Assembly (NCBI RefSeq): GCF_006345805.1
Contig: NC_043003.1
Coordinates: 4,650,001-4,714,000, forward strand
DNA from: Octopus sinensis
Lineage: Eukaryota
Length of the DNA: 64,000 nt
Direction: 5' to 3'
Shown here piece after piece: positions 1 to 13,128 of this stretch (within the stretch, counting starts at the first letter, position 1; every line of letters begins with the position of its first letter). The position numbers were made by a program, and so were the translations under genes. Below the pieces are notes generated by a model. The model worked only from the letters and a program-made list of their open reading frames with translations, had not been told where the DNA came from and searched no databases.

Positions 1-1125
1 TACAATAACAGGAAGATAATAAATTCCGCCAGCGCCCTCTTCCACGACACCAATTCAGACACAAATTCAACACCATTCAAAGACTTGGTTTTGTGAAAGA
101 TACACTCAACGTCTTTGGTTTATTATTGTAAAACTATAACGAAATTGCCTTGGAGTCGTGTTCCATAGAAATATTTTGGTTATTATTATAAAACTAATGC
201 ATAATTGTCTTGGAGTTGTGTTTCTAAGAAATATTTAACCTAATACGATGGTCAAACCATAAAGTTAGCTTGAATTTTCAGTAAATTACGTAAATAAACG
301 TTGAATATTCACTCGGGAGAAGACATCTCATTTCTGGCCAAGCATTGGATTATGTTTATATGATGTTGTTCAAGTTTTTATCTTTTGTATTTTGTTACCG
401 TTTCTCTTATTTTAATCTGTTTTCAAAAGTATAATCTGGAGTTCATTTAAATTTTTTTCTGAATTATAAAAGAAAGTAATAAGGATGGAAGAGGTTACTG
501 AAAATAAAATTAAACTGAAATGTATTTACAGCGAGGCTTTTGAAACTCGGACAAATTTAATTTGAAAAACTCATATATTTCAAGAATGCGTGTTGGTAAA
601 ATTACTGCCGTATTGATTTTTACAAATACGGTTAGAACCATGTAGAGCATGATAAATATTGTGTTTTCTTCACAAGATCTTAATCTAGGTAAAAACGCTC
701 CTTATATTTTGTAAAGAAAAATTAGGTATTTAGAAGGAAGGTCAAAATTAATGTTTGGGATATGTGTGGCATAGGACGGTGCCATGAAGAATTTCTCATT
801 GTAATCACATGATCGTGGTTCGAAAGAACAAAGAAAGAAAGAAAGGAGAGGCTTGGCCGAATACGGGTCACGTGGAGAGAGAAGTGAGAGAGGTAGAGAA
901 AGTGGGATGGAAGAATTAGGGAGGGACGAGAAAAAAGAAAGGGGACAGAGTGAAGTGAAAGAGGAGGGAAGATGAGAATTAAGGGAAAGCCAGGAAATGT
1001 GAGGGAGGGGGAACGAAAGAAAGAAAAGTGGGAAGAACGAATTAAGTGTGAAGGGGCTGATAGAAATATATATATATATATATATATATAATTATATATA
1101 TATATATATATATATAGATATATAT

Positions 1126-1192
<67 letters not shown>

Positions 1193-1219
1193 TATGTATG
1201 TATGTATACAGACACATAC

Positions 1220-1260
<41 letters not shown>

Positions 1261-1304
1261 TATATTCATACGTATATGCACATACTTACATCTGTATGTG
1301 TATG

Positions 1305-1358
<54 letters not shown>

Positions 1359-1482
1359 TATGTATGTATGTATACAGACACATACATGTGTATATAATAT
1401 ATATATATATTATATATATATATATATGCATATATTCATACGTATATGCACATACTTACATCTGTATGTGTATGTATATATA

Positions 1483-1515
<33 letters not shown>

Positions 1516-1534
1516 ATTATATATATATATGCAT

Positions 1535-1940
1535 ATGTGGGCAGAGGACGTCACGAAACATGTACAACAAAAACGTACGAAGCACGAGTACATGGAACAT
1601 GAACAATTCTTTCGAACAACGAAAGACAAATGGAAAACAAAACAAACAACATAAAGAACGACCCTTCATCAGTTGTTGGCTGCTTTTCTAGTCTCGCATT
1701 TCGAGCATTTAACAACAAAATACGCTTTCGATAAAACAGTTGTTTCCGCAAAGCAAATATAGAACTTATTTTCAAATACAAATTCGGTGTGCTGCGTTCC
1801 ATTACATGATAAATGGAAAAATATATAAACAAACAACATAACGTATGCTGAATGTAAAAACGAACGGGAAACAAACACAGAAGGTCCGTAATTCTTCATC
1901 AGTTATCGACCAATAGGTAATGTTCAGTCTCGCACCTTTA
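1535..1940 (-). mobile_element. Penelope-like terminal repeat, one full plus one partial tandem unit (~230 bp period), hammerhead-bearing
   Basis: Motifs ttcatcagtt and agtctcgca recur ~230 bp apart (tcatcag at 1666 and 1896; agtctcgca at 1690 and 1926); abuts a (TA)n tract. Confidence 0.6.
1728..1909 (-). ncRNA. Type I hammerhead ribozyme motif with ~150-nt stem II region
   Basis: Minus strand reads UCGAUAA-CUGAUGA-(~150 nt)-GAAA-CAACUG-UU-UUAUCGA: perfect 7-bp stem I and intact core; base of stem II is imperfect. Confidence 0.7.
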
Positions 1941-2363
1941 ACGATAAGACTTAGTTCTTCCCAATTGATGGTGCCCGCAAAAAAAAAAAAAATGCAGAGT
2001 GTGACTTAGGACGGTGGACGAAGACAAACAGTCGAATAAAATACGGCATTGGGGCCAAGGAGACGAGAATAGCAGGTAACGTCTAGAAATTGTCTTGAAC
2101 GATGGGGAACGGAGAGAGAGAAACTTTGCGACTGATCAGCTATGGGACCTGTGTAAGAAAGTAAGGAAAAGGGGAACTGGCCGCTGGTCACGGGACAGCA
2201 GCAGGCAGAGGAGAAAGACAGCAGGGAGAAGGAGCGACTGAGAAAAAAGGAAAGAGATGAAGGGGCAGGAGAAAGGCTGGGAATACAAAAGGGAGAAAGA
2301 GAAAAGGAGTAAGTTTCCCGTTCGTTTTTACATTCAATGAACGATATCTTGAATGCCTCCATC

Positions 2364-2759
2364 TTTTATCTTGTACTTGTTTCAGTCATTTGACTACGGC
2401 CATGTTGGGGCACCGCCTTGAAAAATGAATAGTTGAAGGAATAGACGTCAGTTCGTTTTGCTTTAATGGCTGATACTTGTTCTATTTTATCCGTCAGTTT
2501 GTCGAACCGCTATGTTATAGGAACGTAATCACACACCAGGTGTCAAGTGACAGTGGGGAACAAACACTAATACATAGTCACACACGAACGCACACATATA
2601 GGAAGGGCTTTCAGCTTCCGTCTACCAAATCCACTTACAAGGACTTGGTTGGCGCCAGGCGATAGTGGAAGACACCTGCCCAACGTGCCACGCAGTAGGA
2701 CTGAACCCAGAACCATGTGGTTGGGAAGCAAGCTTCTTACCACACAGCCACGCCTGCGC
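2364..2759 (-). mobile_element. tRNA-headed CORE-like SINE (family A)
   Basis: Diverged reverse-complement match to the copy at 10113-10520. Confidence 0.85.
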
Positions 2760-3361
2760 AATTGATAAAATGGGAATTACATTTTTTTCACAGAATCTCC
2801 CTCAGTTAAAATACCAGAATATGAGCAAATTGACGGAATTCCCAGTTGATCTATGTTTAGGGTTGCTTATGTCGCCTACATGAGAAGGGGTGGAAAATCT
2901 AGAGGGAAGGAAAAAGAATAGAGAAGGGTAAGCAGAAAGAAGGGAGAGAAGAGAGGGGGAGGGAGGGAGAGAAAAAAAGGGAAGACACACAGTAGAAAGA
3001 CACCCATTTCATTCTCGCGATAAGGGTGATGAAATTTTTCAGGCTTCAATTCAAGGTAAGTACTCCTGGTCGATGTTGCTGTGCTCTTTAAAGATGCACT
3101 CAGCTATTGCCTTTCCATATTGAGGTTTCTCTGGACATGCGTAAGGTTTACTCGCCAAAATGGTGGCTGTTTCAAGTTAAGCTAACGTGCATCGCTTCGA
3201 AGTTTTACACGAAATACATACACACATATACATGTATCTGTGTGCGTGTATGTATGTATGTATGTATGTATGTATGTATGTATGTATGTATGTATGTATG
3301 TATGTATGTATGTATGTATGTATGTATGTATGTATCTATCTATCTATCTATCTATCTATCT

Positions 3362-3550
3362 AATGCAAACATGAAAACACAACGCGAGGACGTGGAACAA
3401 GTACAATGTTATTTGACGCTCAGGAAAGGAAAGAAAGCAGGATTTAATGTTTCGAGCGGAGCTCTTCATCAGAAACATAGAAAAAGGAAAGATCCAAGGA
3501 AGGGAAGAAGGAGAAAGAAAATCGCCAACGATACACACGCGGTCACATAT
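3362..3550 (-). mobile_element. Short Penelope-like terminal repeat carrying a minimal hammerhead
   Basis: Follows a (TATC)n tract; shares acgctcaggaa and the GAGC/GCTC hairpin with the family at 19905, 30048 and 52212. Confidence 0.6.
3442..3476 (-). ncRNA. Minimal type I hammerhead motif (canonical CUGAUGA core)
   Basis: Minus strand GUUU-CUGAUGA-A-GAGC-UCC-GCUC-GAAA-CA-UU-AAAU; stem III CA may be a CpG-decayed CG. Confidence 0.75.
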
Positions 3551-3714
3551 TGAATGTGCATGTACCTATACATATGCATATGTGTATTTACAAACAGAGA
3601 GAGAGAGAGAGAGAGAGAGGAAAGGGGAGAGAGAGAGAGAGAGAGAGTCAAAGACTAAGAATGGTCAGTAGCGACATTGTCTGGGGAAGTGGTGTGGGCA
3701 TCTTTTCTCTAAAT

Positions 3715-5060
3715 TTGGCAGAAGACCAGGAATTCTGAGGGGAGGAGTAATCGAATATATTAACCCCAGTGCATGACTGGTATTTGATTTTATGAAACCG
3801 AGAGGGTAAAAGCAAGATTGACTTCAGCGATATTTGAAAGAGCGGGAAAAAATGGTGCCAAGTATTTTTTTCCCGAAGCACTAACGATTCTGCTAGCTCG
3901 ACGCTATAATTATTATAATTCTTTCTACTGTTGGCACAACGCCAGTAATCTTGAGGGTTGAGGGATAGTCGAGTACAAGGACCCCTGTGCTCAACTGGGC
4001 TCTATTTCATCGACCACAAATGAATGCAAGGCAAAGTTAACCTCGGCAGAATTTGAACGTAGAATGTGAAAAGCCTGAAGAAATGGGGTTTAGCATTTTG
4101 TCCGACGCACTAGATTCTACCAGCTCACCATTATTTCTTTAATAATCGTAAAAGTAATGTACGTGTTTGTTATCTACTCACCGCGGTTGTTGACAAAATG
4201 TGTTGTGGCTTCTGACTCTTCTTCTGAGATTTTCGATGCAGATGTGTCCAAGAAAGGAGATCTTTTCTTTCGCCTCCTCCTTGAATATCGGTTTTTGACA
4301 AACTTTTTCCGTGAATATATAGAATTGTCCAACTCTGGTACAGAGAAAGAAAATATATTTGTTAATCAGAAGCAAAATAGCCAAGAAATAATGAACTGTT
4401 TTGTCATCTTCATAAACTATATATGGGTTTCAAATTTTGGCACAAAGCCAGCAATTTCGGAGGAGTTGGGGCTAAGTCGATTACACTGAACCAAGTGATC
4501 AACTAGTACTTATTTCATAGACCCCTGAAGGAGATGAAAGTTAAGTTGACTTCGGCGGAGTTTGAACTCTGAACATTAGGATACGAAATGCTGATAAGCA
4601 TTTTCCCTCGGGGTGCTAACCATTCTTCCACCATTCTAATCACCACCTTTCATAAACTAGAAATGCATGTATGTTTCTAAGACACAGGGTTTTTTGCGGA
4701 GGGGTGAGCTTAGTTGGAACAATCTACCCAATATTTGACAGGTCTCTTATTCGCCCAATTCTAAAAAGATCGGGGCGAAATGAGAGCTCAGACCATTCTG
4801 CTGGAAGCTGAACTCAGAACATGGGAAAACATAACTAAATACAGCAGGACTTCGTCCCTGTCTGCACTCGGCCGATATATTTTCCCATAAAATATATATT
4901 AATTTCTCACATTAGCAGAAGGCAAGAAGTTTCGATAAGTAAAAGCATTATAAAGGATCAGTTCGACCCAGTATATTACTGGTATTTCTTTATAAAAATG
5001 TCCCTGTTCTTTAAGTATCAAAAACTAAGTCGGATTCGGTGAGATTTGAACTCACGATAC
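3715..5060 (-). mobile_element. Cluster of ~5 degenerate family-B SINE copies, all on the minus strand
   Basis: Repeated variants of gacctcggcggaatttgaactcagaac near 3820, 4040, 4548, 4805 and 5035. Confidence 0.7.
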
Positions 5061-5174
5061 AGCGTGTTAAGCCCTCTGTTTATACATCCATATCAAAGAT
5101 ATCCACCAAAAACAAAGCTGTCTGTTCAAATTTCCTTTAGCCATAGTTTAACGTGGGCTGTACCATATAACATT

Positions 5175-6072
5175 TACGATGCTTGATCAATAAGTATCTG
5201 GACTGTTGCCATAGTAACAAAGCTAAAGCCCGCAGAGTTAAGCCGTTTGGCACAGATTGACTTTGAAGTCTATTGTCTATGTGCATTAAGTTGTAGCGTT
5301 CTAGCTCACTTTCACTGTTTACAGCAGTGCTTGGAAGGAACGTGTGTAGCGTGTGATCGTCGCACTGACCATGACAGAGAAAGTTGTCATGGCGATACCT
5401 GGTCAGAGGCCTACGAAAAATTGTAGAAAGTGTATGGAGAGGAGTGTATGAGCCGCACATATGTGTACGTTTCTAAGTTAGCACCTTACCCACAAAAAGC
5501 AAAAAAAATATCGATATTGACCAACGTTCTGGGAGACCCGCAACTAGCAGAACTGAGAGAAATATCGCAGATGTGCGTGAACCTGTGAGGGTAAATCGTC
5601 GAATCAGTGAGTTATGAGAGGATGTGCAGATTAGTTACGGTTCAGTTCAGTCCATTATCACTGACGATTTGTGTATGAGACGCATGTCTGCCAAGTTTGT
5701 ACCAAAACTGCTTTCAGCTGACCCAAAAGACACTCGGTTTTCAATTGCACAAGATCTCCTTGATTGTGTCGAGAACGATGAAAACCCTTTGAAAACTTTG
5801 TGTAAGCCTCTGAGCGGGTATCACTAAGCTTTTGGCAAAATTTGACACAGATTCTCTGCTCAGCTTTCTCTGTCATGGTCAATGCAACGATCACACGCTA
5901 CACACCTTCCTTCCAAGCATTGCTGTAAACAGTGGAAGTGAGCTAGAACGCTAAAACTTAATGCACTTAGACAATAGAGTTCAAGGTCAATCTGTGCCAA
6001 GCGACTTTACTCTGTGTGCTTTAGCTTCGTTATTATGGCAACAGTGCGGATACTTATTGATCAGAGCACATG
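5175..6072. mobile_element. Fold-back mariner derivative: two inverted 5' ends around an N-terminal transposase fragment
   Basis: ~200-bp inverted arms (5184-5386 and 5861-6063). Plus strand encodes RSGRP...ISYGSVQSIITDDLCMRRMSAKFVPKLLS; minus strand encodes MTEKAEQRICVKFCQKL. Confidence 0.85.
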
Positions 6073-6239
6073 TTAAGACAGAAGCTTATTTCAAGGTTTG
6101 CTGTTGAGATTCGCAGATCCAGAGACCACATCAAATTTTGTATTAGAGTTGTGAAACAATATATAGATTACAGTGATGTTTTATATACATTGTTATAATT
6201 TATTGCTGTTTCAAATGCATTTATGCATTCAGAAAGCAT

Positions 6240-7345
6240 CTGTAGCATTTGGGAAGCAAATTGCAGTGTAACAAAGACCAAGCTGAGCTTTTACATAGCT
6301 TGCGTACTAACGGTTCTATTGTACTCTTCTGAAACGAGGATAAGACAGCGTAGGCATCACAAGTTGCTTGAGCGCTTTCATCTAAACTCTTTGTGACACA
6401 TACTCAGCATCAAGTGGTTAAGTAATAGACCTGGCACAGAAGTCCTTGCAAAGGTAGGATGCACAAGCATCCAGTCCTTAATTATATCTGCTTAGATGCG
6501 TCGGGCAGGCCATGTTGTGCATATGGAAGATAAAAGGATACCAAAGCAGCTGTTCTACAGTGAACTGTGCACTGGAAAGCGTCCTCAGCAAAAGGACTTG
6601 AAAAATGCACGTAGACTGCATAAAAGGTCACCTAAAAGAACTGCAGATCAATGTAAAGAACTAGTTTTGGAAAGAGCTAAGAGCTAAATGGAGGGAGCGT
6701 TTACAGGAAGATTGCAAACCTCCTTTTGAAGGGGGTTGCATTGAACACAAAATCCTAAATTGCTGGTTTTGGAGGCGCTTTCCTCAGAACTTCAACAAGA
6801 ACATAAAATGTTCTTTTCTACTCTAGGCCCGAAATTTTGAGGGTGGGGCCCAGTCGATTAGATCGGTCCCCGTGCACAAATAGTACTTAATTTATCGACC
6901 CCGAAAGGATGAAAGGAAAACTCGACCTCGGCAGAATTTGAACTCAGAACGTAGCTACGGGCGAAATATCTCTAAGCACTTCGTCCGGCTTGTTAACGTT
7001 TCTGTCAGCTCGCCGCCTGAGAACATAGAATGTTAGAGGTGTGAAGCATGTTGCCATAAAATGCTTTCCAAGGCTGAGTATGTCAACCATCTGAAGTCCG
7101 ATGAAAGATAAAATGTATGCAACGTCCTTCCTCATAGACAGGGCGATTCGACATGTGGGAGTATGTGAAAGGGCTTGCAAGTTGGTTTCGTGCTGGAAGA
7201 CACACGTGGCCGTTCACAGGGACCATATCTCACAGAGTGATCCAATCAGTCCAGTGAAAGTAACAAGTTTCTTCTATCAGCTATGCTTCAAATTGTGCAG
7301 ATCTGCAGTGGGCCTAAACAGTCACCTGAGAGGTCAAGGACGGAA
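6240..7345 (+). mobile_element. RTE-clade LINE 3' remnant (RT C-terminal region plus C2H2-like motifs), interrupted by a SINE
   Basis: Translation TKLSFYIACVLTVLLYSSET...LERFHLNSL*HILSIKW...RRAGHVVHMEDKRIPKQLFYSEL, then CERACK...H and LCFKLCRSAVGLNSHLR; stops and frameshifts present. Confidence 0.85.
6813..7019 (-). mobile_element. Family-B SINE (Meta/MESC-like central domain) with 15-bp target-site duplication
   Basis: Flanks agaacataaaatgtt (6798-6812) and agaacatagaatgtt (7020-7034); core cctttcatcctttcggggtcgataaattaagtac on the minus strand. Confidence 0.9.
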
Positions 7346-8711
7346 GGCCGGAAATGTATGTATGCATGCACAAAGGCAAAAACATCACCAAAGCTGCTGG
7401 CAGAATCTTTAGTATTCTTAAAGGTATTTCGTTCGTCTTCATGCTCTGAGTTCAAATTCCACCAAGGTCGACATTGCTTTTCCATTTCAGGTTCCACAAA
7501 ATAAGTATCAGTAAAGTACGTGTACTCTCAAAATGTCTGCACACCGTAGAAATTGATGGCCTTGTGCCAAAACTTGAAAAATATATATAAATCAATGCCT
7601 TAGATTTAATCATGTGGTGAGCAGCTGTCCGAAAATGTCAGTAAAGTAGGCCCTTCCTATGTGCTGTGGTGCTCTCTGAGAGTGCATGTGTGTGCGGGTC
7701 TATGTGTGTTCACACCATTCACTGTGTTCTATATTTCTCTCGAATGTTCTCTTCATGTAAACAGTTCTGATATATATTTATAAAAGCGCGTTTGCATGTG
7801 AGAGTATATGTGCGTATATGCATGCACATACATACATATATACTCATATGTGTCTACGCGCACACACATATATGTACTTATATTCTTGGGATTAATAATC
7901 TGATACAATCCACCGTTTCATTTTTTTATTATGAAGCACACTATTGTTATCCGCCATGGCAGCTGATAAGAATAAGATCCAAAATTTATGGCGAAGGAGA
8001 CCTCATATGCACGATTGTATAGCATAAGTACGTATAAGAAATATTTATGATATCATTTCCAGCAGCACACGTGAATAGAAAGAGTTCACAATTTGATATT
8101 CTCGAATGTGTTCCTCAACCTTTATTAATGTTACATAATCAATTTACATTATTAGATTATCACAACGATTGAAAACAGAGATTAGATGCAATTTAATTTT
8201 TCCATTTCACACACCGCACGTAAGGCGCGTTTTATTCTTACAGATTTATGGTAAATTCTGAATTCCTTCTAAATTAACAAAACGTTTTCTTCATACCAAA
8301 GATATCATAAAATATATTTCCTGGAAGAAAGTGTCGTATTTTTTTCCCCTTCGAATTCGTTTTCTGTGTAACAGTTGTCTGTTTTTCTACCTGTAAACCA
8401 CAAAAGAGTAGAATCGGTGCCACTAAAACGGTATTGTGTCGATTCATTTCTTCGTATCAGACTTTGGTTCCACCCTTAATGGAGCACTAATACCGACATT
8501 TTTTCAACGATTTTATCACTAGCAGTAAAAGACAACATGGTTAAGTCTATCTTAGAGTAAAATGATTCCATGGTTCGAATTATATACCGGGCAATATTTT
8601 TGTTAAACTAATCAACATTTGTTCGGTCATGATATGTCGATACACGCGCGCGCACTCCCAAGCACACACACACACACACACCACACACACACACATACAC
8701 ACACACACATT

Positions 8712-8742
<31 letters not shown>

Positions 8743-9586
8743 AACACAAACACAGAGGCTTTCTTATTGCATGCGTGCATCAAATATAGGAACAATCGTA
8801 ATTTATGAGCCAGTAAGTTGGTTCGACTCATTAGAAATGGCGGTTATCGTCCTAAACATTCACCCTTGTGTTGCTATAAAGAAGAACTCAATAAGTGCTG
8901 AAGTCCTACGAGATAAGCACAAGGGGAATAAGGGGAAGCCTATGCTGTAACGGCTCAGCAAGTAAAACAGGGCAGGGCACCAGAGATTTTACTCTCCCTA
9001 GCTTTTAAAATCTTTGTAGGGAGTCTTTTATTGAAGACATGCCATCAACAAAACTCCAAACGAAAGGAAAGAATGCGCCAACACAAAACATTTGTAAATT
9101 ATTGTTAAAACGTTTTAAGTAGTAACAAATCCTCCTCCTCCTCTCATCAGCTCCACCGCTGCCGCCACCACCACCACTACCACCATCACAATCACCACCG
9201 CTACCGCTACTCAGTGTGCTAAAAGGTTAAACAATAGTTTCTTCCAGCATGGACCAATAACCAATCATCGACAATAAGGGACATTTCTTAACTGACAGGA
9301 AGTTGATATCAGCTGTAACCCTCTGACCGGAAGTTGATCTCTACATTAAACCGGTGTCATTTTAATAGCCTTTTGTTTTCACACAACTTCTTAGCTTTCT
9401 AGTCGACAGCATTGCGCTGCCTCACTTTCCACACATAGAATAATACTATTTACATACATCCACCATAGTATGTACATACATACATACATACTTAAACATG
9501 TATGCGCGCACCACACACACACATATAAACGTATTCAAATGTCTACGTATGTATATCAATGCATATAGATACACGTATAAGCTGTG

Positions 9587-9669
<83 letters not shown>

Positions 9670-9978
9670 AGAAATGAGGTCGCCAGAACTTTGGAAAAAT
9701 AATTTTTTTTAATGTAGTTATTATTATTCGCGTTTTTCGAACTTGTCAAATAAAATTTTCTTCTGAATGTACAAACAAGTTCGAAAAACGAAAGAAAGCG
9801 GTAATAATAAGGACTAAATAAAAATAATATTTGTCCAAAATTCTGACGTCCTCCTCTTTTTTCAATATTCAATATCTGTACACCATTTCTAACACTCTAT
9901 ACACCCACCACATATAAATACACACACACACACACACACCACACACACAACACACACACACACACACACAACACACAC

Positions 9979-10034
<56 letters not shown>

Positions 10035-10112
10035 TGTACTTATGTGTGTATACATATATAAATATAATAAATATGATATATATAATAAAAATAATATATG
10101 TGTACGTATATA

Positions 10113-10519
10113 GGCGCAGGAGTGGCTGTGTGGTAAGTAGCTTGCTAACCAACCACATGGTTCCGGGTTCAGTCCCACTGCGTGGCATCTTGGGCAAGTG
10201 TTTTCTGCTATAGCCCCGGGCCGACCAATGCCTTGTGAGTGGATTTGGTAGACGGAAACTAAAAGAAGCCTGTCGTATATATGTATATATATGTGTGTGT
10301 GTGTTTGTGTGTCTGTGTTTGTCCCCCTAGCATTCCTTGACAACCGATGCTGGTGTGTTTACGTCTCCGTCACTTAGCGGTTCGGAAAAAGAGACCGATA
10401 GAATAAGTACTGGGCTTACAAAGAATAAGTCCCGGGGTCGTTTTGCTCCACTAAAGGCGGTGCTCCAGCATGGCCGCAGCCAAATGACTGAAACAAGTAA
10501 AAGAGTAAAAGAGTAAAGA

Positions 10520-10520
<1 letters not shown>
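10113..10520 (+). mobile_element. Full-length tRNA-headed CORE-like SINE (family A) with internal (TA)(TG) microsatellite
   Basis: A/B-box-like head (gtggctgtgtggtaag...gggttcagtccc), CORE-like cttgggcaagtg, tail ending in gtaaaaga repeats; many copies in the window. Confidence 0.9.
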
Positions 10521-10560
<40 letters not shown>

Positions 10561-10914
10561 TGTGTGTGTGCGTGTCTATCTCCATATAAATGAGTGTGTG
10601 TATATAGATATTTGATTAGAAACTAAGAAGTCTACTTGACTACCAGTAATGAACAATCGTAATTTGGAGTTAAATGGTTGGCAATAAGAAGGGTGTCTAG
10701 GTTTCTTTAAAAATATTGTGCAAAATATTCTGAGAAAAAGTCTTGTTTTCACGACAACTAAACACACACAGAGAGGTGTGTATATGGTAACTTGAGCTAC
10801 GACAGGTAGCAGCCAAATCTTGTCCTGAAATTTTCGTTGTGTCTTGCAACCTTTTCAATAGTTTTGAGTCAAAAACTATTGAAAAGGTTGCAAGATTCAA
10901 CGAAAATTTTAGGA

Positions 10915-11352
10915 CAATAAAAACAAGAAAAAAGTGGAAATTTTACCGGTGAGTGTGTTACATAATAAGGTACTAAAAGAAAATAACTCTCCCCAGACAC
11001 AACAGAAAATGCTAATAAAGTTGACGGTATATCTTCGAAGTTTCATTCCCTGGTAAAACTTCATGTATTTTAAACATCTTTTCATTATGCTCTATCCAAC
11101 ACAAAGACGGTTCAGGCAGAGCTGCCACCCTTAGCTAAAGACCTCAAAATTGTGCCACCTGGCCTAGTTTTTCAGGTTATATTTCTAGTAAAAACAAAAA
11201 AGAGATGTCCAAAAATCACTTAATTTTGGAGCCGAAAAATCACTCAATCTTTTTCCACCACATACTTCAAAATCGGCAGCTAAGTTTTCGAATCCATAAT
11301 GAACATACGCACACCCACTGACACACACAAACTCCGTTTTATATATTGAGAT
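10915..11352 (-). mobile_element. Possible non-autonomous Helitron fragment
   Basis: Minus strand starts ATCTCAATATATAAAA followed by a (TG)-rich tract, like Helitron-N 5' ends; no 3' CTAG hairpin found. Confidence 0.4.
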
Positions 11353-11836
11353 ATACAGATAGATAGATAGATAGGTAGATAGATAGATAGATAGATTGAT
11401 AGATAGATAGATAGATAGATAGAGATGTGGTAATCAATTACAATCAAGTATAATAAAGTTAGGATGTCACTAATTGTTTCAGGTTCCTATTCATTAGTCT
11501 ATTGATTAGGCATAGAGACACCTCCATAACTCTAACTCTTAAGCTAACGAAACAGCAATGAAATAACAGACGAGGGTTACAAATGGCCATAGCAACAATC
11601 GGTTGGTCCATTTTCCTTATTTCCAGTAGAGTTGGCTGCTAGCATCGTGAATTATGCTAAGTTCAAGGATACAACACTTCGCTAAGGCCACGAATCGAAC
11701 CCATGGACATTTCCCCCGTCAGCTCAACGACGAAATCACCAGGCCATTCACGAAGTCGATTAGAGTGTTTATATTCATACGCACGTACATGTATGTATAC
11801 ATGTACATGTGAATTTTCTTGTATGTATGTATATGT

Positions 11837-11997
11837 AGGCACTGGTGTAGCTGTGTGGTAGGTAGCTTGTTTCCCAACCATAGGGTCAGGTTCACTACCA
11901 ATACGTGGCACCTTGGGCGAGTGTCTTCTACTACAGTCTCGAGCTGACCAAAGCCTTGTGAATGGATTTCATAGGTAGAAACTGTAAAAAGCCCGTC

Positions 11998-12061
<64 letters not shown>

Positions 12062-12480
12062 AAGGATAAGATCGTTAATTTAAAATAAAATAACGATTTT
12101 ATCAAGTGGCCAACATGGAAAAAATAATCTTCAAAGGTAATAATAATCAAAATTATAAATTAGGGTATCTACGAGATACCACCATGCTGAAAATAGCAGC
12201 CATGATCTGACATATCTATATATAAGTATATACACATATATGTGTGTGTGTGTGTGTGTGTGTTAGAGTCTGTGCTTTTCCTCAGTTCTGCTTGACAGCC
12301 GGTGTTGGTGTGTTTAGGTCCCCGGAACATATCTGTTCGGCAAAAGTACGGATAGGATAAGTACGAGGCTTTACAAATCTTTATAATCAACAGGGTTGAT
12401 TCCTTTGACTAAATTATTCAAGGCGGTGCTCCAGCATGGCCGCAATCAACTGACTGAAACATGTAAAATATAAAAGTTAC
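11837..12480 (+). mobile_element. Family-A SINE split by an expanded (TA)n tract and a ~155-bp insert
   Basis: Head 11837-11999, tail 12240-12480, non-SINE sequence 12058-12212 between them. Confidence 0.75.
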
Positions 12481-12511
12481 AAAATATATCTGCGTGTGTC
12501 ACTATATACAT

Positions 12512-12649
12512 ATGATGGGCTTCTTTCAGTTTCCGTCTGCCAAATCGACTCATAAGTCTTTGGTCGGCCCGAGGCTATAGCAGTGGGATCGAATTCGGGA
12601 CCATGTGGTTCGGAACCAAGTCTCTTACCACACAGCCATGCCTGCGCCT
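12512..12649 (-). mobile_element. Family-A SINE 5' half with internal deletion
   Basis: gggcttctttcagtttccgtc...ccacacagccatgcctgcgcc. Confidence 0.8.
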
Positions 12650-12657
12650 ATGCATGA

Positions 12658-12728
<71 letters not shown>

Positions 12729-13097
12729 CACACACATATATATACATGCACACACACATATGTATGTATGTTTACACAGACTATACATAATTAAATTAAA
12801 TGCATGCATAGATGCATTTATAAGGACGAGAGTGCTTGTACGTATACATTTGGAGGCGTCTGTATGTGTGAATATTTGTGCGTTTTTCGGTGTGAATGTC
12901 TGTGTTTGTGCGTGGTGTGTTGTGTGTGTGTGTGTGTATGTGTGAGTGTGTGTGATTGTGTGCTTGAGTGCAAATGCGCGCGTGTGTGTCTCTGTTGATG
13001 TGAGTGTTCATATTAGTGTGAACTAAAATATACTGCAAGAACCCTAGATAAATGGTAAATGAGAGTAGCGAAGACAAAACAGGAGAATGCTTTGAAG

Positions 13098-13128
<31 letters not shown>

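Noticed and set aside
114-236. ~60-bp imperfect tandem duplication (similar local duplication at 1193-1475)
   Set aside because: Ordinary slippage-type duplication with no further structure.
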